Part shown: positions 39,880-50,329 of the stretch, one piece after another
Layout: every line of letters begins with the position of its first letter
How positions within the stretch are numbered: position 1 is the stretch's first letter
DNA from: Selaginella moellendorffii
Lineage: Eukaryota; Plantae; Lycopodiophyta
DNA length: 64,000 bases
NCBI RefSeq assembly: GCF_000143415.4
Contig: NW_003314267.1
Location: 2,335,839-2,399,838 of the forward strand
Reading direction: 5' to 3'
Made by a program: the position numbers and the translations under genes
The notes under the pieces: model-generated
Told to the model about the DNA's origin: nothing
What the model saw: only the letters and a program-made list of their open reading frames with translations
Databases searched by the model: none

Positions 39880-40949
39880 TTCTAGAGACACGAAGACGGC
39901 AAACTGTCACACAAGGTGAGAAGCAAAACGAGACCTGCGAATTGCAAGCCGAAGAGAGGCACAGCGAACAGTGAGAAGACAGGCTCGAAAGCCAAGGCCC
40001 TAAAAAATCACGACAACGTTAAATCCAAACACACATTGATGAACAATCATAGCTTTTGTTCTTACCATGAATGGAAGGTTACATTGCTTTCATTTAAAAG
40101 CTACCAGGTAAAGTTTGGTCTTGCCGACATTTCTTGCAGCTTCTTGTGATGGCTTGCTTCAAGCTGACACTGCATTTTGCACGGTGAGGAATTTCAAACC
40201 TGTTGCAAAAGACAAAACAGAAAACTTACTCTGCATTCCTTGAGAAGAGGGGCTCGAGAAAAGACGACTTGAAGAAGTGAATTGACTTGGCAAGGGATGA
40301 ATCCTCCAGCTCAATTGGAGCAACAGGCTGCAAGAGAAGATTAGTTACATTTGGAGTTACCTCTTTATCATCCTTGAGAACAAGTGCATGAGTTTGTATT
40401 TTAATCTAGCCATATTAATTAAAACATTTCTAATAATTCCAATAGACTTGATTCTTCAGCATACTTGGGAACATTTGATGCTGGGTCACTACTAGTGATC
40501 ACTACCTCGAGTTGCAAGGGCAGTGCTGGGAAATCCTCCACTTTCTTGGCCGCTGTTGCTGCAGGAGTCTGCCCACACGCAAAACATGTCAAAGAAGAAG
40601 AAGAAATGATAGAAACAAGCGAGCTGTACACACCTCAAGGAGGAGGATCTTCAATCCCCTGCTTGCCTGTGTGCTTGCCTGTGCTGGAGCGCATCGCCGC
40701 CAATATGATAGGGCAGGGTTACTATGTAAAGTATAGATTTAGAAGATCGTGAGAGATAAGGAATATTATCGTAAAGAGATTTGCTTGGATCTCAAGCAGC
40801 TTGCGAATCTGAGGATTATCACTGTGTACAATAATCTCAACATAACGGATTTCCAACGCTGCCTCACCAGCCACTTCTGGGTATTATCAAAGGTTTAAGT
40901 AGTCTTAAGCAAAGGAGCCGAAAAACACGCGATCAAAGTATCAAGAAGA

Positions 40950-42030
40950 ACCTCAAAAAAGAAATCGCTGGATCACCACGAAGATGCATTCGCCATGCCT
41001 CGAAATTTTTCCAAAAGTGCCCAAAACAGCGCAACTGATGCTTGTGGAAATACACCATCCTGAGACGACTTTTTAGCTTGACGATTTTCCGCTTCCATTC
41101 TCTCCGGGATAGCAAAGGGAAAAAAAAACCAAAGAGAGATTTTCTCTCCTTCTCTTGTCTAGAACCAAGAAGCACAATACATTCTACCACTCTTCTCTTG
41201 CTCTCGGGTGATATCGATACCTTCAAAACACAGGAATCACGCAATCGCAGTGCACTGAGCTGGTACTCCGCGTGACTTGCAGTAGAAGATCAAGGTGGTC
41301 AATGACACGGGCATGGCTGCAAATACAGCCTTGGCCACATCAAGATGCCCTTCTTGGGCATTTTCTGCAACTATAGACGTCCATGCCACTACATCCCTCT
41401 CAGGCATTTTGACAAAGATCTACTTTGCCTCTCTGTTTGCGATGTTTCCATGGAGGATGATGTTCCAGAGGACCAGATTTTGATCAAAGCCATGATCAAG
41501 CATCACCTTTGCCTCATCCAGATGCCCGTTTTGGGCATACGCTGCTACCACTGCCGAGAAGCTCACTAGATTCCCGGAATTCGATCGCGCACCGTATTTG
41601 CAAAGGTGACGATCTCATTTTCCAAGTAGGCCTGAAGCATCGCTGTGCGCGAAACGACGTTCCTCTCGCTCATCTCCTTGAGCATTTTCCTCGCAGAGGC
41701 TATCCCGTGATCATCGCCATTAAATTCCACGAAACTAGGCTCCTATCGGGCATCTTGTGGCGCCCCCGTGCTGCACAAATCCCGACGCCAAAATCGTCCA
41801 GGACACCACATTCCTGGCGCTCATCCGATCAAAGCACTCCTTGGAGCGCTCCACTTGGCCGTTGCGATGGAGCAAAGCATTCGAGGAACTGATCGATGGC
41901 CTTGCGATCCCCAGCGGCCATCCAGCGCATTGTGCCTGTGGAGCTCCTTCGCCCACTCCATGCCTGGATCGCTCTGGCGCGCTCGAATCCCCTCGATTTC
42001 CCACGCTGGAGAAGGCAGTCGATTGCCGCC
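40950..42030 (-). pseudogene. PLS-class PPR pseudogene fragment
   Basis: NGQVERSKECFDRMSARNVVSWTILASGFVQHG and KMPERDVVAWTSIVAENAQEGHLDVAKAVFAAMP, broken by stops and frameshifts. Boundaries approximate. Confidence 0.75.
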
Positions 42031-45000
42031 AGTGAAGTGTGCTATTGAGAGGAATAATTTATCATCCTCGCGTGACCAAACAGGCATTTGAGAGATTGTA
42101 ATCGATCGAATCGAATGGTTTTTTAATGCAATGTCTGGCCATATCCCAATGGATTCGTTCATAGTAAAGCTGGATCTTTATTTATTTATAAATAGAGATT
42201 GTGGACAAGATGGCATATTTTCTCTTCTCGCAGAGGATCGGGAATCTTTCCTAGGTTCGTGGAGTGGCTCAAGTCCAAAGACCAATAACTGTGTACAGGG
42301 GTGATGTTCTTGTTGTCGTTGCTTATACGCTCAATACTATTTAGCTCGGACACAAGCTTGGCAATGGACTCCTTGGTACCGTTCTAGAAAAGCCAATAAA
42401 GAAAATGTTAAGACCCACAGTGGATAGACACGAAGCACCAGAAAAAAAAAACGCAAAAAAAAAGAAGGTACTTAAACATTTCCAGTTTCCTCCAACGAAG
42501 AACTGTCAAGGAAAGAAGAACGCATCGAATCAGAACGAGTAAAATTGAAGAAGAAATCTACTAATGTAAGATCCATGACCCTAAATTTCATCCAAAAAGC
42601 ATGAGATGGATGATGTCGATTTCCCCTGTTAAAGACAGTCAAGACTAACTAGAACAATGGAAAAGGTAAAGAGAATTCTGTTATTGTATTTAAGGTTATA
42701 AGCTAACCTTTTTCTTCTTTTGAATGCTCTAATGCTTTGGCAGGATTGGAAGCTTGTGGGACAAACAATCCAAGTCGGTTCGAATCTACATGGCACAGTA
42801 GGGATGGATCCATATGTCAGGTTTGGGCTGCTCCTTCTTTGTCCTCTCACCTTAGCTGCTCTTGGGTTTGCCCGGCTTGTCAAAGTGCAATATTTTTGCG
42901 GCAGGATTGCTCAACACAAAGAGATGTTATGCGTGGCCTCTCCAATGATTTTTCTCTGTGTTAGCCTTCTCAGCCGTGACAGAAATGGCCTTTATCTTTC
43001 TCATACATATGCTTTTGTTTTCAAACATGTACGGGAACAATTGCTATTATGCAACTGTTGGCAATGCAGGCCAAGATTCTTCAACCCAACCCACCCAAGA
43101 AGGTGGCAAACTCTTTCTTGTATCAAGAATCTATTCAAACTCATTGGAAACCTCTCTTAATACTTCTCTCACACTTGGGATAACTGTGCTTTTATAGCTG
43201 GTCATGATTAACTAGATTCCACTACAAAGTAGGGCTAAGCTTGAAATTCTCTCTAGACACTTTGGAGCTTCTTCCATCACACTTAAATATTTACTATCAC
43301 TGGTAAAGTGATGCAATGGCTGACTTTGGTAAGCTGATTAACCACCACCACATTAATAGCATTGAAACTTGCAAGCTTGAGATAAAATTTATTATGATTG
43401 ATGTAAATTGAGTTTAAGCTATCCAAGTGGCTTAAAAACTTTGGGGATGTTATTATCTCCTTTTTGATCTATTGGTAAATACTAGATTTCTTCACCTAGT
43501 TCTTTACCTCCTTCTACAGCCCTTCTAATAAATTTTTTTTTCACTTTAAATAGTATGTGTATATTATACTAGTACCTTCAAACTACTTTATATTTTTAAT
43601 AAAAAATATTTGATTAAATTTTTAACTTCTCTGTAATCATATTAATTTTTAGTAAAAAATAGTTACAGAATTTTAATTTTTTCCGAAAAAGTAGTTAATT
43701 TTGATTAAAAAAAATTTAATCAAATTTAATCACTTTTCTATACCACTAAAATATACAATTACCGACTTGAATGACATTACATAAAGATCTCATTATCTAA
43801 GTATTCTTTGTTTCAATTGATTAAGGTTTTTAGAATACGTGGGGTTAAATTCCCTTGAATTTAAACTATTAACCTTTTGTGAAATAATGATTTGGTGCAA
43901 AATTAAGAAGTTTAGAATTGGGATTACTAAAAATGTCTCTTTAAGAAAATGAGTGTATTTCCTCCCACATATACCTTAACAGAGCAATGACAATAACATA
44001 AATTTATCAAAGTAGTTGAATAAACCTAAGAATGCTCTTAGGTATAGTTGTGCATATATGGCTTCAAATTATTAATGAATTCTCAACACATGAGTATATA
44101 AAATTTAATTATTAATAGATCCCAATAGCCCCAAAACACATGCCAAACACTATATCAGTTTCATGTCATGCCTTTCAACTTGACAATTGCCCTTACTATT
44201 TGATGAATGACATTTTCAAGAGCTTTATAATGGTTTTTCTTTAATGATATCCTTATTTATAGCATGAATGTAAATAAACATCTAAAAAATATTTTCCAAC
44301 GGCTGAAAGAGTTCTTATTTATTGCTAAGTTTTCTAAGAGCACATTTATGTTACTGAAAGTTGAATATTAGAGGGTTTTGGATTGCAAAAAGCTTACAAC
44401 CAAATCCAAGAGCCTTTAGACCAAAACTTCATCATGACATTTTCAATCCTTGGGATGTGAAATTTATTTTTCACAATGAGCACATTCATGATATAGTCTT
44501 CATAAACTCTTGTTTATATAGAACCAAGCTTTTATAGCCAAGCAGCTGCATGGAAATAGTATATACATACTCAAGGTCATGAAATCTCATTTTGGCATCC
44601 TAGAAGTGTTCCAAGTTTAAGGCCAAGGGATTTGTGGAGCATACCCTCAAAAGAGATATGTATGGAATTCACAGGATGGGCTACTTGATGTGTATGAGAG
44701 GGAGCTCCTATAATAATAATACATAATATAGTAATAATATTCATAGGAACAAGTGTTTTGCTTTGCAATGTTATTCAAGAGGATGAGTAAAGAAATTGGT
44801 AAAACCAATACAATATAAATCAATTGGTATAATCTTAGTCCTCCTGGAACAACTTTGCAAATTATTAGTAAGACTAGTACTTGCCTAGAAGCTGCACAGT
44901 TAGCCAAGGTAAATTTAATACTAAAACTGATGCAATGCATCATACTAATCATTGTGCTATATGATATTTAGTATATATTTGTTCTTCTTTTCCTGCTGGA

Positions 45001-45640
45001 TAACAAAGGAAAAACTCTTGGTGAGATTTTTTTTCTTCCACAAAAAGGAAGCATGATATCTATTCCCAATTTGAGCAAATTATTTCAAGCACCCAAGCAA
45101 TGCTATGTCATCAAGCACATGCATTCTTTATTGTAGTGTTTAATATTAATTCTGAAATTAGAGTTTTTTTGTTTGTAAAGTGTAAGTGAAGCATTTGGCA
45201 AAGGGTAATATGGGTGGCAATATCACTTGACCATGCTGACCACACATAGCAATGCTCTCATTTTTAAAATGTGATGCATTAGAAAAAGATGATAAGAAAA
45301 AAAATTCAAATTTTAAAATTTGTGAATCTTTGTATATAGTGTGACTTGCTAGTGTGGTGTGTGAAGATGGAGATGGTGTAGTGGATATTGCTTGATGTGT
45401 ATATAGTTCATTTTGATTTGAAGTAATTTAAAGTGGCTTAGGGTGTTTATCAGAATTATTAGTATTTAAATTCTTATCAAAATGATTGGTATTTCTTATA
45501 GTTCTAAGAAGATGATGAAGGCGAGGCATAATTTGAAAATGTCGAGTATAAAGCTAGAAAACTATAGCTTATACAAGTTCATGTTTGTAAACAAACTCAA
45601 ATTTGTAAGAAAAATATAAAATTTTAATATATGATAAAGC

Positions 45641-46299
45641 TATAAATAACTAAAGAGAATGATTTAAGAGATGATTCATGGGGTTCAAATATAAAGGGAA
45701 AGGGCCCATGAACAAGAGTGCACCCCCTTTTCCAATTGGTTAAGGGTATTCAGATATTTGGGGTTAAACATATTTGGGTTTGAATAATATTGAGTTAGGA
45801 AGTCCAAACTCATGAGCTTACATTTGGTATCGGAACGGTCTCAGGTCCGACTCTTATTGGTTGGCTAAAAGAATTACACCACATATTAATTTATATTTGG
45901 CAGGTCCAATTTGCTCCCGAGGGGTAGGATGTCAAGAGAGCGGGGCTCTTAGAAAAGCTATGGCTTTCAACTTTTGTTCATAAAAGCGTAAATTTGCAAG
46001 GAAGTATAGTGGGGGTAGGATGTCAAGAGAGTGGGGCTCTTAGAAAAGCTATGGATCTTAGCTTCCGTTCACAAGGGTGTGAACTTTTCAAAGAAGTATA
46101 GTGGATTGTAAACAACCAAAAAGAATAACTTGAGAGACGATCCATGGAATTCAAATATAGAGGGAAAGGGCTTATGAACAAAAGTGCGCCCCTTTTTCCA
46201 ATCGGTTAAAGGTTTTTGGATACTTGAGGTTAAATGTCTTTAGGTTTGAATAGTATTGGGCTGGGTGACCTCCTGGGAAGTCCAAACTCAAGGCTTACA
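45641..46299 (+). mobile_element. Cassandra-type TRIM (non-autonomous LTR retrotransposon with 5S rRNA-derived LTRs), 659 bp
   Basis: Direct repeats at 45641-45822 and 46107-46299 (T[G/A]TAA...CTTACA). PBS TGGTATCGGAAC at 45825-45836 (tRNA-iMet type). Purine-rich tract ending GTGGAT before the 3' LTR. No coding capacity. Degenerate TSD AAAGC/GAGGC. 5S rRNA segment in the LTRs. Confidence 0.88.
46218..46283 (+). other. 5S rRNA-derived segment (A box, intermediate element, C box) inside the 3' LTR; not an rRNA gene
   Basis: TGGGTGACCTCCTGGGAAGTCC (46262-46283) matches plant 5S rRNA as recalled; upstream GGTTAAATGTCTTTAGGTTTGAATAGTATTGGGC aligns to AGTTAAGCGTGCTTGGGCGAGAGTAGTACTAGGA. Both ends of a 5S gene are absent. 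Confidence 0.88.
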
Positions 46300-47939
46300 G
46301 AGGCTAAGGATATAAACAAACACAAACCTACTGCATACTTGGTTCTCAAGAATCTCTAGTGCAGCCACAAAGCGATGGTAAAAAATTGCATTAAGAAAAG
46401 GGTGTGCCACGAACTAAGAAGAAAAACTATTATGTGAAGCAAGAGATCAAAACTTGTGACGTGCCAAATACAAATTTGATCTAGCACTTTTGGGCAATTA
46501 AGATTTCCACAGCATTGCAAGGCATTGAGGTTCTCACCGCCTTAGCCACAACAGTGTCAGATTAGTTGCCATAGCTCAAGAATTTCTAGTGCTGCCACAA
46601 AGCGATAGTAAAAAATTGCAAAATCGATTCCTTTGTTCAGAAAATCACTCGAGACCCTGGGCAAGGAGATGAGGAAGTTGCAAGAGCTCATAGCACACTG
46701 CAGATTCAAACTCATCCCACTTCCATGCTTGCCATTGGCACTACCTGCAAAGCACTTAGTTCAAGGCAACTCTTGCCGGCATGGGAATGATACAGAATGG
46801 AGTGAGGACGCGTCGTCTTGACAATAACTTCTCCAATGAACTCCTGCTACAAATTGCTCATACAGTTGGGGTTCCAGTGAATCCAGTGGCTCTATGCTAG
46901 GAGCTCTTGTAGTTTAAGAAGGAAAAGGAGATGTAAGTTTTAAATAGCACAAAGTGTAAGAGAGGGATTTTGAGTTTCTTCTCTTTAGCATTTTTCACTT
47001 TTTCCTCTTTTTTTATTTGTTTGTTTCTCTTCTGAGTTACCAAAGTATTCCTCAAACTTTTTACCTTCTACTTTTCTTTGAGCATTTATCTTTCTCCACA
47101 ATTACCCAGTTTGGGCATCTTTCTCTTTGTGAGTTTCTCTGCAAAGCATGGGGCTAGGGCGTTGGGGCAGAGATATATGGGAGATTCTTAGAGATTTTTA
47201 GAGATTGAGAGCACGATATAGCATTTCTCTTTAATATAGATCTCTTCCCATATGGAGAGATCAGCATTGCTCGACACAATTCCTCTCTAGTTCAATAGAG
47301 ACCCTTCTTTACCTTTTGGTAAAGTACTAATTTTAGTCATCTGACTTTAATTAGATGATCAATTAAAGTCTTCAGTTATCAGTTCATACATTAGAGATAC
47401 CAAAGAAAACAGCTACAAGGATTTCATCAAATGTAAGTAGCATCATGAATGAGTTCATAGTGGCATACCTTTACACCAAAATATGACAAGAGGTTTTTGC
47501 ATCCATAAATTGCTTAAGAAAGCGGTTAGAAGGAATAATTCCCAAGTTTGACTCTCTTACAATATATTGATTCTAACATAGAATTGGCTGTTGCATTTCC
47601 CCTTCAATCGAGAGAGAAGTTTGTAAAACTGTTTTAAAGTTTTCTTTGTGATTAAAGATTTTGGTCATAATCTTAATTACAAGCATACTAAATCTTACCA
47701 TCACAAACGGTTTGCACTTTCATTGAGGAGACTAATAAAATCAAGCCATGTCTTGGCTTTAAATAAATACCTTTTTGTCTGTCATCCGTGTGTGACATGC
47801 CAAACTTCTTGTAGCAAATTGCCATGCAATACTTGCCACATGGCTAAGCAATACTGAGTCAGAAATAACAAACCATGTTCAAGAGCTTGGGGTGGGACTC
47901 TCCGTTCGAGAATGTGAATTCCCAGCTTTCATTTCCTGT

Positions 47940-49532
47940 CTATGAATCAAACACTGCTCCAAATGCCACGATCTTCTTTGTCTTGCACACGTCGCGAACG
48001 GCCTCCGTGAACTTCGCGTTGGACACCACAAAGATGGCCTCTGCCCTAAACTCCTCGTAGCTCGCCAATGCGATCTCCGGCTTAGGCCGCCCCATCTCCG
48101 CGGTGTCGTAGATCGTGTGGGAATGTTGGAATACGCGATCACAGATCTCGTCCCCGTAGATTCCCCGGTGCTTCTTGGCGATCCAGACGACGTGAATGGC
48201 GACGCGATCGCTGCCAATGTGTGGGAGGATTGGGGCAATTCCAGCCCCAGTGCCCACGCAGATCACTCTCTTGTAGGCATAGACAGAGTACATAAACCCT
48301 AGCGGGCGGTGCCACCGGATGAAGGCCTTGATCGTCGTCTCTCCCGAGGAGGATTTTGTGGATGGAGGAGCTTCCAGATCCGGCGGTGCCGTGAAGAATT
48401 CGTCCACGACCTGCGCCCGGTTCTTGCTCACGGATCTATCCAAGCGATTAAGGCAGCGCTGCGCAAGGTTTTGTGTCCAATCTCCCGCCACTCCCACAAC
48501 CAGGCCGTAGGCGCGATTCTCTCGATCGCTGAAAGCCACCGAGAATGCGTGCCACTCTGTGAGATTGAAGGAGATCTTGGCGAAGGCGCCGGGGCGGGCC
48601 TTGCCGTGGAGGCGGACGATCAAAATATTTCCCTGCCTGCCAACGCGGACATGGACGCTCTGGCGCTCGATCAAGAACCACGAGTAGAACACGAGAAGGA
48701 GACAGGCTATGGCGATCGTAGCGCTGGCGATAGCAATTCCTGACAGATTCCAGCGAGAATGGAAGAATTTCCTGAGCAAGATCGCCGTGAGGAGGAGAAG
48801 GAGTGACCAGCCCAGGTATCTGTGGACTCTCTCGAAGAGATTGTGGTGCCGGACCCTAACGATCGGCATTGCCAGGATCGTCATGATCGAGAGACCGGCG
48901 ACGAGCACGGCCAGCATTGCGACGTTCGCGGCGTCGATTCCATCGGCAATGTGGCCATGATCGCCGCGATTGGCGATGGGGAGGATCAAAGCGATGGTCG
49001 TCCACACGAGAAGCATGATCGCGCAGCCCGTGTGGATGCCGCCATTGCAGTGGAGCATTCGATTAAAGAAGTATTTCTTCCATGGGATCCGGACGACGAT
49101 CTTGTAAAGCAGCAGCAGCACCGTGCCGTCGCGGATCGCCGCTACCGCCAGGAGATTCACAAGCGCCATGGCGGTGGCCAGCTCCGCGCGATTGACGCGA
49201 AGGTCGTCCTCATCGATCGAGAAGAGGGCCGCGACGATGGCAAGATTGACGGGGAATATCACGAGCCACCACACGTTGTAGAGAGTGAATCCAAACCTTC
49301 TTCCCCATCCAGCTCCCAGACGAGCGGGCTGCTTCTTCTCCACGATCGCATTGAGCCGCTTCTCCATCCGGCGCGTCGTGGATTCCTCATGGAGTTCTTG
49401 GGCGGCAAACTCCATGATTCTCTCGATGGCAGTGGCAGAGCAGCAAAGCACCGTATAATGCCGGAGACGCCAGACCCGCTCTCCGATTCTCCCTCTCTCA
49501 ATTCCTTCGGCTGGAACTTTCACATTTGTCAT
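47940..49532 (-). CDS. Intronless membrane oxidoreductase: ferric reductase-like transmembrane region plus FNR-like FAD/NAD(P)H domains (NPS12/adenylate-forming reductase C-terminal module family)
   Basis: Uninterrupted 530-aa ORF with about 6-7 hydrophobic helices, candidate heme His motifs HCNGGIHTG and HHNLFERVHRYLGW, then EWHAFS, VAGDWT, VGTGAGIAP, IYDT..GRP, IFVVSN and terminal AFGAVFDS. The true start may be a downstream Met. Confidence 0.8.
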   Translation of the reverse strand: MTNVKVPAEGIERGRIGERVWRLRHYTVLCCSATAIERIMEFAAQELHEESTTRRMEKRLNAIVEKKQPARLGAGWGRRFGFTLYNVWWLVIFPVNLAIVAALFSIDEDDLRVNRAELATAMALVNLLAVAAIRDGTVLLLLYKIVVRIPWKKYFFNRMLHCNGGIHTGCAIMLLVWTTIALILPIANRGDHGHIADGIDAANVAMLAVLVAGLSIMTILAMPIVRVRHHNLFERVHRYLGWSLLLLLTAILLRKFFHSRWNLSGIAIASATIAIACLLLVFYSWFLIERQSVHVRVGRQGNILIVRLHGKARPGAFAKISFNLTEWHAFSVAFSDRENRAYGLVVGVAGDWTQNLAQRCLNRLDRSVSKNRAQVVDEFFTAPPDLEAPPSTKSSSGETTIKAFIRWHRPLGFMYSVYAYKRVICVGTGAGIAPILPHIGSDRVAIHVVWIAKKHRGIYGDEICDRVFQHSHTIYDTAEMGRPKPEIALASYEEFRAEAIFVVSNAKFTEAVRDVCKTKKIVAFGAVFDS

Positions 49533-50242
49533 TGGAACTTTTCCTTGGACTCTAATTTTTTATATGACTTTAGATAACGACACAGAAGAAGTTGGAATAC
49601 AACACTCCCAAGAGTGGAATCGATCTTGAGATCAGGTCAAGACCTTGGGAGTGGAATTCAAGACGATGTCAGAAGCTTGTGGCTCGGGGGTAAGCTATTA
49701 CAAAACTCTTGCGTCTTCTTCTTTTAACGTGTTCGCTTACTAGCTACGAAGTCGGGACGCCTGGAACACGTAGAAACGTCAGAGCAAGCTAAGGCTAAAA
49801 GAGGTCCAAATGCCGTACGTTTCCATGAGTTTCTAGACTTTTTCTGATATTCTGAGCCTGTGCAGATGGTAGAGAGGGAGTTTGTTCAGGTAGTGACGCC
49901 TTCAGCATCAAACACTTGCTAACAGTGAAAGAGGTTATTGTGTATTTTGAAGTTGCCAAGCACTTATATGTTAACCAGGGAACCACTGGACCGAGCGCTG
50001 TAATCTATGGGTTTTGCTTTTGCTGCCATGTCGCTCATTCTGCTGCCTTGGATGCGCTCGTCATGCAGGTATGTCAGCACGCTACTTACCTCTTGCCATA
50101 AAAGCTCATAGCTAGTTAGAACATCCGTTGGATCACGGAGACAAACTGTTGCCCAAGGCTTTTGTCGATCCTCCATTTTCAAAAGTAAAGCCTGGAGTTT
50201 TAAGTTAAAATATCCAACAGCATTAGATATTGAAGAAGCATT

Positions 50243-50280
50243 TTTGCTCCTTGCTCCTTGCTCCTTGCTCCTTGCTCCTT
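50243..50280. repeat. (TTGCTCC)n heptamer microsatellite
   Basis: About five tandem TTGCTCC units just downstream of the 50330 stop. Confidence 0.9.
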
Positions 50281-50329
50281 CACACTTCAATCCTAGAAGC
50301 ACTTGGTGTCCTCGAGAGCACTTGGCCAT

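Noticed and set aside
46218-46283. 5S rRNA gene
   Set aside because: Only the internal control region is present, diverged and embedded in an LTR; there is no 5' end, 3' end or T-run terminator.
46346-46620. 45-bp direct repeat pair (46346-46390 and 46576-46620) as a mini-LTR element
   Set aside because: No TG start, PBS or PPT; treated as a local duplication.
48822-49577. 251-aa antisense ORF over the oxidoreductase
   Set aside because: Shadow ORF expected from high GC at third codon positions of the real minus-strand gene.
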